A DNA stretch of 62,953 nt, the filler included, from Octopus bimaculoides (taxonomy: Eukaryota), in the NCBI RefSeq assembly GCF_001194135.2. It is 6 parts of 6 records of this genome, joined end to end, with 100 filler letters (N's around TTAATTAATTAA, not from the genome) between each part and the next. Parts side by side here need not be neighbours in the genome. Positions count along the whole stretch, not along the records: positions 36,161 to 55,481 come from NC_068985.1; 5 more parts are not named here. One strand, given 5' to 3'. The stretch's first letter is position 1; every line of letters starts with the position of its first letter. The notes beneath the pieces are model-generated. The model did not search any database. It saw nothing but the letters and a program-made list of their open reading frames with translations, and had not been told where the DNA came from. Positions 36,161-48,132 of the stretch are shown here, one piece after another. The translations under genes were made by a program, and so were the position numbers.

Positions 36161-36500
36161 TAGTCTTAAAGATATATTTTTTACTAGATTTTCTATTATA
36201 GCCCTAGGATGGTTACTTGATTTACTTATATACTGTAGGTTTGTTAGGGGTTTGTGGTATGGTCTATATGTTTTATTCTTAATATCTAATGTTACATCTA
36301 GGAAATTTGCTACTGAGACATCATCTTCGTAAACTATACCCATCCCCATTCTGCTGAAAAATCTGGCCAGCCTACCCTTAATTCTCTGTAGTTCCTGGTT
36401 TGAGCAATTCCTAACATATAACAGGCAGTCGTCTCTATACAAACCTCCCCTAACCCTAGGGAATTGATCATTTAATTCATAAAGGATAAATGATCCCACC
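36161..36500 (-). mobile_element. Penelope-like element RT core fragment, open frame up to the gap
   Basis: GLYRDD catalytic motif, NFLDVTLDI, and YRPYHKP..YISKSSNHP..LVKNISLRL. Confidence 0.92.
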
Positions 36501-37307
36501 TACTCTAAAATATATAATCAGTATACATGTGTACCAGGACGCCGCGAGCAAGGAGGAATAGTTCAATAATGACAGTAAGATCTGTTCAATTGCAACACCA
36601 AACCGGTTTCAGTTTCAGAGTGCAAAAAGCTGGAACAAAAACTGTAAAGTTCTAGCGTATCTGCCAGTACAATGTTATTTTATTTATTGACCCTGGGAGG
36701 ATGAATGGAAAATTAAACGTCGTCAAGATACGAACTCAGAACACAAGCTGCCGGAATAAATTCCGCAATGCATATCGTCCGACATTCTAACAACTCTATC
36801 AGTTCGCGCCGTCTTTAGTTTGTGGTTATGGAATATTAACATTACTTTCTGTATTAATTCAATGAGGGTCACAGATTACCCAACGGTGAGGCTAGAGTGT
36901 GTATATCCCGGGACAACCCTTGAGTTTATCAACCCTCTTCAGCTCTCACAGCCTACACAGGCTTATACTTCTGACCAAAATGTGCCGCCCCCACTACACC
37001 TTCCACTGCGCTATTGAAATTACCGAGTCGATACACCAATGAGGTGCTTGACTATCAACTAGGGAGCTTCTACGTAGTCTTACCAGAAATAACAGCTAAA
37101 TCTTTTACAAATTAACATTATCACCTTTAAAAAAAATATTGAATAATGTAGTCATGATGTTTTATACCCGTAAGGAATAAGGTGGATGTTCATGGCTGGA
37201 ATGTCTTTGATTATATGACTTCTAATAGATCAGGGGTCAAACAACAGCAAGGGTGATTTGTAATCTGTCGTTAGCATTTAATTTGTAACGACCATACTCT
37301 TCTAACC

Positions 37308-37693
37308 TGTTGTTGGCACTCCGTCGCTTACGACGTCGAGGGTTCCAGTTGATCAGATCAACAGAACAGCCTGCTCGTGAAATTAGCGTGCAAGTGGCTG
37401 AGCACTCCACAGACACGTGCACCCTTAACGTAGTTCTCGGGGAGATTCAGCGTGACAGAGCATGACAAGGCTGACCTTTTGAATTACAGGCACAACAGAA
37501 ACAGGATGTAAGAGTGAGAAAAAGTTGTGGTGAAAGAGTACAGCAGGATTCGCCACCATCCCCTGCCGGAACCTCCTGGAGCTTTAGGTGTTTTTTCGCT
37601 CAGTAAACACTCACAACGCCCGGTCTGGGAATCAAAACCGCGATCCTATGACCGCGAGTCCGCTGCTCTAACCACTGGGCCATTGCGCCTCCA
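37308..37693 (-). mobile_element. SINE family D
   Basis: Closely similar to the reverse complement of 26003-26390. Confidence 0.92.
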
Positions 37694-37923
37694 CTCTTCT
37701 TACTTAACACTAAATTAAACACACAGCAGGAAGGCGATAGAGCTCATCGGAGAGAGAGAAAGAAGAGCACTGTAAACTGACGACTGTTTTATCAGTTTGG
37801 AGTACTAAGTTCAACTTCTCCGTAGATATATCTTAGAATATTCCGCTCTCCTGATTGCTGTGAGATAAATTCTCCAAATGGTGCTCAGTCTTAATTCTAC
37901 ATACATTTTCTTTTTCTTTACAG

Positions 37924-38192
37924 ATAGCTGCCAATATTCACAGAGTTTCAAGAAGGCCAAATCGGAATGGTCCCTGTCATCGCGGCAGCGAAGTTTCAAG
38001 GCGTTCCATGCTGTAGACTGCGGCCGACTATGTCTGGCGGATGCGACTTGCCAAGGATTTTGTTTCCAAAAATGGGGTCAGCAAACATGCACACTGTACG
38101 GGGTAAAAAGTCACCAGAAGCCAAGTCAAGTGAAATGCAAAGTCACAAATGAATCGTGCTACATTCGAGTGGATGACTGCGTCGATCAATAA
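37924..38192 (+). CDS. Terminal coding exon of a PAN/apple-like Cys-rich domain protein
   Basis: Strong acceptor TTTTCTTTTTCTTTACAG. Phase-1 frame reads (D)SCQYSQSF..AVDCGRLCLADATCQGFCFQKWGQQTCTLYG..CKVTNESCY..C, with PAN-like C-x3-C-x5-C-x2-F-x-F-x6-C-x-L spacing. The stop overlaps AATAAA (38188-38193). Confidence 0.75.
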
Positions 38193-38340
38193 ACTATTCC
38201 GAATTTGCTAATGCAGACGTCTATAAGTATGTTTTCTGTTCATGTGTCGTCGTGCAGAATATAACGTATCACGTTCCTTCAATATATATATATACGAACA
38301 CAGTAGCATACGAATACACATATGTGCTCGTGTGTATGTC

Positions 38341-38400
38341 TGTGAGTGCGCATGCGCGACGTTTAAAAAAGCGGGCACCGGTATCAGCACTTACCATATA
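38341..38400 (-). promoter_or_regulatory. NRF1-like motif and a consensus minus-strand splice donor directly after an ATG
   Basis: TGCGCATGCGC at 38347-38357 and minus-strand ATATG|GTAAGT at 38395/38394. Confidence 0.4.
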
Positions 38401-38488
38401 TTTCCATCGATAAATTGAAAATTCAGAAATTGTTTTTTTGCTTCGTCATCATTGCCTTCGACATTGCCGCCACCAAAACCATCACTAC

Positions 38489-38537
<49 letters not shown>

Positions 38538-39381
38538 GTCATCGTTATCATCTTCATCATCGTCATCATTAAAGGACAAAACAGGATACTTTACAGTATC
38601 AATTTCGTTTGTCGCTTGTACGAAATTTTTCAAACATCAAATGCTTGACTTTAGAAAACCTACCTGAAGCCTAATTGAGGAACCCTGATAGAATAGGTAT
38701 AAAAGCTGACCAACATGAAAAGTACCGCACGGTCGTTTGCTAGAAATAGCAGCAAAATCTCCATTCAGATTACATCCTACCGCATTGAAAAATAATACGG
38801 ACATATTGAATAATCTACTAAGAAAAATAGGATAACCAATGATGGCTCATCTTTGAGCCTGGTTTACTTGGTTTGAGCTGAACTGGGCTAAACAACAATA
38901 ATAATAACAATTAATAGATATACATGGTTATCCATCCCCGTTTTTGATTGGACAATTTGGGGTGAGTCATTAAACACACAATTGTCAGCATAGACAATTT
39001 CGTTGGATCATGTAGCTTCAAAGAATGATGCCGGATCTTGCCAGAACTATGAAACTTGAAACTGTTTTGGCCACTAAGAGAATGTAACATTCGAGTTGTG
39101 ACTCAAGATTTGTTTCTTGCCTGTTATGTACAAGTAGTCAATATAAAATTTTTAGACACATGTTGCAGCACTTACTTATGCAGAGATTCTACTTTATCAG
39201 ATGATCCTCAATGTCAATGAGGACATGTTTTTATACATTGACATCCTAAAATGGTCATGGAATCTAGGAGGAAAATATCAAGTTTAATATTATAGGATGT
39301 GTCACACTCAAGAATGAAATATGTTTGCTGTATGTATACGTGATTAATAATTAATTTGTAATTAATTCTGAGTATGTGATT

Positions 39382-39524
<143 letters not shown>

Positions 39525-39913
39525 NNNNNNNNNNNNNNNNNNNNNNNNNNNNNNNNNNNNNNNNNNNNNNNNNNNNNNNNNNNNNNNNNNNNNNNNNNNN
39601 NNNNNNNNNNNNNNNNNNNNNNNNNNNNNNNNNNNNNNNNNNNNNNNNNNNNNNNNNNNNNNNNNNNNNNNNNNNNNNNNNNNNNNNNNNNNNNNNNNNN
39701 NNNNNNNNNNNNNNNNNNNNNNNNNNNNNNNNNNNNNNNNNNNNNNNNNNNNNNNNNNNNNNNNNNNNNNNNNNNNNNNNNNNNNNNNNNNNNNNNNNNN
39801 NNNNNNNNNNNNNNNNNNNNNNNNNNNNNNNNNNNNNNNNNNNNNNNNNNNNNNNNNNNNNNNNNNNNNNNNNNNNNNNNNNNNNNNNNNNNNNNNNNNN
39901 NNNNNNNNNNNNN

Positions 39914-39947
<34 letters not shown>

Positions 39948-39954
39948 ATAGAAC

Positions 39955-40400
39955 AAGGCGGAGATCTGGCAGAATCGTTAGTACTCTGGGCGATATACTA
40001 AGTAGCAATTTGTCTGTCTTTACGTTCTGAGTTCAAATTCCGCTGCGGTCGACTTCGCCTTTTAGCTTTTCGAGGTCAATGAAAATAAATACCAACGAGC
40101 AGTGGAATCGATGTAATCGACTTACCCTTCCCCTCAAAAATTTCAGGCCTTCTGCCTATAGTAGAAACAATTACTAAATAAAACAAAGCAGTGAGCTAGC
40201 AGAATCGTCAGCGCGTCGTTCAACAGAATCGTTTAGCGACATATCTTCTGGCTCTTTTTTGTTATAACTTCAAATGCTGCTGAGGTCGACTTTGTCTTTC
40301 AGCCTTTCAGAAATCGATAAAATAAGTACCAGTTGACCGGTGGAGTCGATGTGATCGACATGCTTCCCAACCCTAAATATTGTTGTCGTTGTCCATTATT
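39955..40400 (+). mobile_element. Two tandem degenerate family C SINEs
   Basis: Two heads, each followed by a GTCGACTT..GTACCA..GTCGATGT-like core. Confidence 0.8.
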
Positions 40401-40419
40401 TGAAGCAATTATTACTTAA

Positions 40420-40736
40420 CCCATTACCTACCAGTGATCTCATATGAGATCACTTAAAAATTACAAATTTCGTAATTATCTGTCAATATTTACACATATC
40501 TAACATTTTTGCTGTATCTACTAGGTATATTTCTCTGATATTCAAATGAGGTTTGCTAATTTTTCACCCAATATCTCGCTTATTTCTATTTAAAATGTTA
40601 TTTTGAAATGTTATTTTGAAATGTTATTTTGAAATGCTATTTTGATCATTCCAGCGTGTTTCTAAGGCTGTTTTATGCTAGAAATCAAAGTTTCATAAAA
40701 AAAATTCCAGTTAATAGAATTATGGGAGGTAATGGG
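40420..40736. mobile_element. piggyBac-type MITE
   Basis: TTAA|CCCATTACCT...AGGTAATGGG|TTAA. Contains four 13-bp AAATGTTATTTTG units (40593-40644) and a perfect 22-bp palindrome (40433-40454). Confidence 0.9.
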
Positions 40737-41244
40737 TTAAAATGATTTTTTAAAATTTTTTTCAAAAGGACATCTATATATGAAGCTACTTTCACGTACG
40801 TCATTAATTCATTATAAAAATATATATACTGTAATATATGCATTCTTTCAAGCTGAGATTTCATTCCTTTGCTACTCCAAGTGTCTCATACGTTCTTCAC
40901 GTCTTTAAAAAGTTGATGCCAAAAGAATGAAACATCAGTTTCAAATGAATGAATAAACTCTACTTTATGTATTGAGTATTTTTTTCTTCATTCATCTGTA
41001 TGTCCAAGGCAACACACACACATACACACATACACACGCGCACGCGTTATCGGCAGACGTTACAGAGTGACTCAAGAGCCAAGGATTTGTTGCATTGACA
41101 TTTAGCAAATTGGTTTCAAATTACATGGATTGCATTTATATAGACAGACTGAAATGATAATTATAATTTCATTGGATTGTTTTAGAAAAATAATTACACA
41201 AGCGAGTATAAGGTCACGTGAATAATGCATTTTTTTTTTAATAG

Positions 41245-41273
41245 TTTTCCCGTTAAGCAGTTCAGAAAATAAG
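41245..41273 (+). CDS. Candidate 29-nt micro-exon
   Basis: T-rich TAATAG acceptor and AAG|GTATGT donor. Frame reads FPLSSSENK. No homology recognised. Confidence 0.2.
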
Positions 41274-41290
41274 GTATGTGNNNNNNNNNN

Positions 41291-41328
<38 letters not shown>

Positions 41329-41331
41329 CAC

Positions 41332-41598
41332 ACGAGAGAGTGGTGAAAAGTTCTTGGCTTTAAGGGTGTAGCGAAAGGCCTGGCTGGAGGCCCAGCCTGA
41401 GTTGTTTTGCAGGGCTTAGAAAAACTGAAGGGTCGCTACAATAAGTATGTGAATTTGAGAGGGAAATATATTGAATAAAATCATAATTAACACTGCCTCA
41501 TAAAAGTCACTGCTAACTCTCACTGCGAACGTAACCGTGTGTTGTCATCTGTTGGTGCGCTACTGAGCTAGTCCAGCTACTTTTTGATACCACCTCGA
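41332..41598. mobile_element. Mariner-derived non-coding remnants
   Basis: CACGAGAGAGTGGTGAAAAGTTC and TTTTTGATACCACCTCG resemble mariner TIR-type ends. Confidence 0.45.
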
Positions 41599-41849
41599 AT
41601 ATGCTAACATGTCTGTGTACATGTCTCTGTGTATGAGTGATTTTTATGTTGTTGTTTTTTTGTATTGGACGTGTGTTCCTATCTTTCAGACAGCCCGAAC
41701 TGATTTATGACCCCCACCTGACCGTCTGCTAACACTTCATTCAGTGTTCTCTTCATACATACATACATATATACATATATACATACACGCGCGCGCACGT
41801 GAACACACACACACACACACACACACACACATTATATATAAGGATATGA

Positions 41850-43001
41850 TTTTTCGTTTAATGTTATTGGAGACGGCAGTCGCCAGTAAGTAGGGTTCTC
41901 CATATTACATTATGGAGGGGAATAAATCACCTCATGGTCTTAGCAGACAAAATGGAAAAGGCGTTGCCCCGGAGGAGATACGCTTATTTTTTTTAAGAGC
42001 AACAAAACGGCGGAAACCTGCAGGAAGATATGCGCTGTGTACAGAGAAGATGCTGTTACGAAACGTATGTACCAAAAGTGTTTTTCAAGATTTCGATCGG
42101 GAAATATTTCAATCCAAGATGCACCATGCTCTAACCAGCCTAAAGATTAATACAAATCCCCGTTATACGACCAGGATGATCGCAGATATTCCCCAAATAT
42201 CCAAATCAATTGTTGAAAACCATCTACATCAATTTCGTTACGTCAGCAGGTTCGATGTTTGGGTCCCACATCAATTGAATGCGGTTAACCTCGCCGGACG
42301 GATTTCTATCTACGATTTGTTACAGAAACGTGAAGAAAACGATTCTTTTTGAAGGGAGTGTTGACAAAGCGCGAAAAATGGATCGTCTATAACAATGTGA
42401 AAGGCAATCAATCATGGGGAGAGCGTGGTGAATCGCTATAAACAGCTTCCAAAGTTGGACTTCCTTCGAAGAAGGTTATACTCTTACATTTGTAGGAATA
42501 GAGCCCCTTCCCATAGACAGGAACATCGATTCGGATGTGCACTGTGACCAGCTGGTCAAATTAAATGCAGCGATTCACCAGAAGCGCCTAGCACTTGCTA
42601 ATCGCAAGGACATTGTCTTTCATCACGACTGTACCAAATCATACACGTCTTTGCAGATGCCTTTGGCAGAAGTTACTGGTGCTTGACTGGAAAGTTTTGC
42701 TACACCATCTATATTCACCTGACCATGACCCATCAGATTTCTACCGGTTTTGGACTTTTCAAATTTTGTTGACTGGGCAGACCTTCAGCTCTGAAAAAGA
42801 TGTAACGGTTCACCTGGAAGAATTTTTCGCTAGTAAAGACAGAAAATTTTTTGAGTAGGAAATAATGGATCTGCCCACAAGATGGCAGAAAATGCTGGAA
42901 CGAAACGGTAATTATACCATTGATTGAATAAATAGTTTTGTGTTTAAAACGTGTATTATTTTCACTTAAAAAAACCGAACGGACTTTATGTCCAACCCAA
43001 T
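41850..43001 (+). mobile_element. Mariner (DD34D) transposon, decayed, 3' TIR present
   Basis: WVPHQL, KWIVYNNV, and YSPDHDPSDF motifs. Right end AAAAAAACCGAACGGACTTTATGTCCAACCCAAT. Confidence 0.93.
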
Positions 43002-43706
43002 TCTTACAGTTTTCCCTTGATACTAAAAAGATGTCCAGTCCTTGTTTATGTAGTCACTCTGTCTGCTAAAAGCGGCAGTTAAAATTCCCTCAGACTACAT
43101 TTTAGTCTCTTAAAAGAGGAATGATATACTAAGCAATGGATACAGCTTGAAAATATGATGATCATTGCTGAAATATCTTTGACCATATATATATCCTGTC
43201 ATAAAATAGAATCCGATGACGGGAACAGGACACGAGCTGACTGATTTCAGAGTTCGCAGTCAGGTATCCAACCAACACGGCCATCGGCACTCTGCTATAT
43301 CCGTAAAGAGAGATAGAGCTGAGATCTGAGAAATTCAGAGGATTCTAAGAAAATGGTAAGCAGATGTGTAGAAACTTCATGAACAACCTATACTTGTCTT
43401 TCCTGTTTGCCTAGAGGATTAATTTTATGGCAATTTAATTTGCACCACTCCAATTAATGGTTAATTACGAATTAACGTAATTAATGATCATACTTGAAAT
43501 CTTTTGACTAAAATTAGAAAAAAAAATGAAAGCTTACTTTTACATTTTATTCATATGTACAGATGTTTTGCTTCTCTCTACATAATTTCTATTCCCAACG
43601 CACTTCTCCGTTTTTTTTTTCTCCTCTCTCTCTATCTGTCTGTGTGAGTGTGTGTCTTCCTCTGTCTGTCTACCTGGGTGTGTATGTGTGTGTGTTTATC
43701 TGTCTG

Positions 43707-43745
<39 letters not shown>

Positions 43746-43886
43746 GTGTGCATATATGTGTATACTTTTTTTTAAATTTCATACTTTCTCCCACGCATAC
43801 ATGGATATATATTTATGTTTCCTTCCTCTTATTTATTTACAGTCATACTTACACATGACACACACTCACAAACATACGCACGCACG

Positions 43887-43943
<57 letters not shown>

Positions 43944-43979
43944 ACACACACACACATATATATATAATATAATATAATA

Positions 43980-44110
43980 TAATATAATATAAAATTGATT
44001 ATTTGTTTGTCTGTTTGTTACCAATGCACACAAAAACCAGTCAACCAATCACGTTCAAACTTAGCTTAGACTTTTTGTGGGGAAACCAGATCGAACTGTC
44101 TCAAGTGTAA
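43980..44110 (+). mobile_element. DINE-1/HINE-like 5' end
   Basis: TATAATATAAAATTGATTATTTGTTTGTCTGTTTGTTACC..AACCAATCACGTTCAAACTT. Similar starts at about 59862 (TCTATATATATAAAAATGAGAATGTGTGTCTGTCTGTC), 58069 and 19319. Confidence 0.55.
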
Positions 44111-44768
44111 CTGCCCGAAACAATAAGGATTTCTGGTATACTTGACTGAGGAAAGAAGGCCACAAATGACCCGTCTGTTTTTGCCTGTCCTTCTAATTGT
44201 TGTTTCTCCTGTCTGCCTTAGTATCATCTATCTGTCCGAATGTTTTATTGTCTTCTATTGCGCTTTTGTTCCATTTTATATATATCCGGCCGCCAACACT
44301 TTTTTCTGCAGAGAAATTGGAACTGAAGCTTGCATTGTCAACTTGCAGAAAAATGCCATCCTATCTGAAAAGAGATTCTTCAGATTTGAGGAGACTGATT
44401 GCTTCCAAACTTCTAGATAAAATACCTCCTAACTAAATTGGCGAAAGAATAATAATATTTGCAATTATAATAATGATAAAATAACAGTAGTGATAATAAT
44501 AATAATAATAATAATAATAACCATCAATTCTTTTACCGGTCTTAAAGCCCCAAAATGTTGGGGACAGTAGAAAGCATGAAGTTATGTGGAATAATTTGAA
44601 TAACATTCATTCTCAGAATATATTGAAGTCGTCCTCCCCTGTTTACTCTGAGAAATAAACATTTGAGATTTAAAACGATACAGCATGTGTGTATGCATGC
44701 GTGTATATCTCTGTGTGTGTGTTTGTGCGTTATATGTGTGTGTATGCATATATATATATATGCATACG

Positions 44769-44804
<36 letters not shown>

Positions 44805-44974
44805 GATAGATAGATATACATACATGCGAGTGTGTGTGTGTGTATATATATATATATGAGTGTGTGTGTGCGTGTGTGTGTGTGTATACACACACACGAA
44901 CACACGTGCACACACACTCGCGCGCGCGCGCACAGACACACATACATATCTTAGTCTGTCTCTCTACATATATA

Positions 44975-45027
<53 letters not shown>

Positions 45028-45382
45028 AGTATAATTTTGGATCTAGGAAGTGCGACAGTATCTAACCTTTGCAGGTCAAGCGACTTCGAAATCTTTGAAT
45101 ATTTCTCAGTCTAAAGAGGCCAAGTGAAACATTATGATTTTACTTAATGTTTTTTAATGTTGAGAAATACAACGAGGAATCTCAGAGATTCTTAACACGC
45201 TTGTTATGGCGCTGTTTATTTGGTTTTTTGCCAAAATAAATATTTTTGTTAAAATAGGCGGAACTGTAAAGCTATTTGTTTGCGTGTGTGTGCATGTATA
45301 CGAGGGTGAGTGCGTGTGCGCATATGTATGTGTATATACCTGAGGGTGTGTGCTCGCATGGGTGTCTGGACACATTTCAGTT

Positions 45383-45430
<48 letters not shown>

Positions 45431-46024
45431 TAGATAGATAGATATATACATATATACATACATACATGCGTACGTACGTACATATATACAGACAGACAGA
45501 TCACACCCTCGCCCACACACAAATACATATATGCACACAAAACATCTATATCTGTATATACATGTATGTATAAACGTTTGCGTGTTTATATATACATATA
45601 TGTGAGTGTGTGTGTACGCGCGCGTTTGTGTGCGTGTGCGTGGAGAGAGAGAGAGGAGAGTGAGAGAGATCATTTTTCTCCATGGCAAACCGCAGTAAGG
45701 GTACCTTTTTGCAGGACAGCTATATCCTAATCACATTTTAATTGATTTAAGGGTTGTTCACTTTACACCATTTGTTCCGGCCAAGCAGCCGAAGCGCGCG
45801 ATTAATAGATGATTTTTACTTATTTCTTGTAAGGAAGCTGTTTTCTAATCAGTTTAGAGTTGCTCCGCTTGGTATCTGGTGCTGAGGAGAGCACAAAATG
45901 TTCGAAATACATCTACCAGTCCATGGAGTCCGCTCTGAACTGACTTTGTTATGTTTGCACCCTTTGCATAAAGCGATCATCTTTTTCTCCCTGGTAAACC
46001 ACAATGACGGTGCCTTTTTTGCAG

Positions 46025-46061
46025 GTCAACTATATCCTAAACATATTGAAACTGATCCAAG
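46025..46061 (+). CDS. Candidate 37-nt micro-exon, with a degenerate duplicate at 45715-45751
   Basis: TTTTTTGCAG acceptor and AAG|GTTTGT donor. Open as GQLYPKHIETDPR or VNYILNILKLIQ. The duplicate has GG at the donor position. Confidence 0.3.
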
Positions 46062-46109
46062 GTTTGTTCATTTTTTAACACTGATTCGCGCGTGCCACTC
46101 ATATATGTG

Positions 46110-46151
<42 letters not shown>

Positions 46152-46713
46152 CTTACACATATCTATATACATATATATGTGAATACATACGTACATACAT
46201 ACATACATACGTACATACGTAAGTATGTATGTATGTATGGACAAGGCGGACCGTCACCACACCCACTTCCGTGTTATTTTTTTTTTCTACAGAAACCCAC
46301 GTTTTCGGCTACGGCGATTACGAATCTGTAAAAATATTTGTATTTCAAAATTTCAATACGAACANNNNNNNNNNNNNNNNNNNNNNNNNNNNNNNNNNNN
46401 NNNNNNNNNNNNNNNNNNNNNNNNNNNNNNNNNNNNNNNNNNNNNNNNNNNNNNNNNNNNNNNNNNNNNNNNNNNNNNNNNNNNNNNNNNNNNNNNNNNN
46501 NNNNNNNNNNNNNNNNNNNNNNNNNNNNNNNNNNNNNNNNNNNNNNNNNNNNNNNNNNNNNNNNNNNNNNNNNNNNNNNNNNNNNNNNNNNNNNNNNNNN
46601 NNNNNNNNNNNNNNNNNNNNNNNNNNNNNNNNNNNNNNNNNNNNNNNNNNNNNNNNNNNNNNNNNNNNNNNNNNNNNNNNNNNNNNNNNNNNNNNNNNNN
46701 NNNNNNNNNNNNN

Positions 46714-46745
<32 letters not shown>

Positions 46746-47029
46746 CATGTATGTGTGTGTATGCGCATGCAATGGATGATTTAGCAAGATGGTCATACTA
46801 GACCTGGAGGTCTTATAGAGCAACTTAGTCAATACGGTTGACTGTGTTTTTGTTAAACCTATGAATTTAAATCTTCTCAAAGTTACCTCTCTTTGGGATT
46901 TCCCATTGATAACAGCTAAACTGCTCAAAACGCAGCGTCCTGAAATCCGATAGAGGGCAACACTGGGCAAATATGGTGTTTTTAAACCATTTACCATAAG
47001 AGAGAATTGTTCCATGGTAACTGTAGCGA

Positions 47030-47215
47030 ATTTGCCTTTAGAAAGATTCTTAGCGGCATTTTGTCCGTTTTTACGTCCTGAGTTCAAATTCCGAAAAGGT
47101 CGATTTTGCCTTTCATTTTTTCAGGGTCGATAAAATAAGCACCAGCCAAAGACTAGGAACGATGTAATCGACTAGCACCATCCTTCGAAATTTCAGGTCT
47201 TGCATCTATAGTAGA
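47030..47215 (+). mobile_element. SINE family C, degenerate
   Basis: GAGTTCAAATTCC..GGTCGATTTTGCCTTTCAT..GGGTCGATAAAATAAG. Confidence 0.8.
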
Positions 47216-47723
47216 TAGGAAAACAAAATATAGTCGAGTTGTTAAACTATTGCTGTTCATTTTCGTTCTTAGTAGCAGCTACATGTAATTAGTTATGGAG
47301 TTATATAGATTGCCAAAAATTTGAATTTACGTTGTTAGATTGCTTCTCGGTTAAGCTATTTCCTTTCACTGACCTTCCATACATTCTAAATTGAAGTTAA
47401 AGTCAATAACCTGAAGAAACATCCGAAATTTCTTTGCTCTTGATATACTGCACTAAGAAATAGTCTCCAGTGGTAATCAAACACCTAATTAAATGTCTAA
47501 ATATCTCGAGTGAGTTGTTAATAAGATTATAATTTTCCAAACTATTAACTTTATCTTAATAGCTTATAAGCATACGCGTGTCATCAGAAATAGTGACAAT
47601 TTTATCAATTATAATGTATCGCATATCCATTCGAATGAAATCAGAAATTAAATTAATTTGTTTTTTGTTTGTTTGTCTTTTTTTTTTACGAGTAAAGCTA
47701 TTTTCCGTATCATGTTATATATA

Positions 47724-48122
47724 AAGGGTGAGTCAACTATTTTTAAAAACCGTAAGTGACCCAAAGTTTAAATAAATATCCTTTCTTTTTTCAATCCCAA
47801 CATGGAAGCTTCGAATCAAACGCAGATGGTGAAAAATCATGCTGTTCTCGTCGCTTTATCACTAACTACAGTGATTCTGAAATTGCAACCTTCTTAAATG
47901 TTTCCATATCCTTCGTGATGAGAAAAGATTTCCTGGCTTCTGCTAAGAATGTGTCTTATATGGCCAAAGGGAAGAAAAAACAATCTCGGCGGTCAGACAT
48001 TGTCAAAAAGGTCGAGTTTCTCCGGCGAAATCAGGACATCATTAACGAGAATCCCGGCAAGTCAATGAGGATTATTGCCAATTATCTCCATGTTTCGGAG
48101 TTAGCGATTAGATTTTTATGGT
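47724..48122 (+). mobile_element. Tc1/mariner (maT/DD37D-like) 5' fragment
   Basis: TA|AAGGGTGAGTCAA end and HTH-like IINENPGKSMRIIANYLHVSELAIR. Confidence 0.65.
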
Positions 48123-48132
48123 GAATATATAT

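Noticed and set aside
44142-44436. ORFs with hydrophobic N-termini and a KR site (neuropeptide-like)
   Set aside because: TTG starts next to a HINE-like repeat and no repeated peptide units. Kept only as a possible acceptor at 44312.
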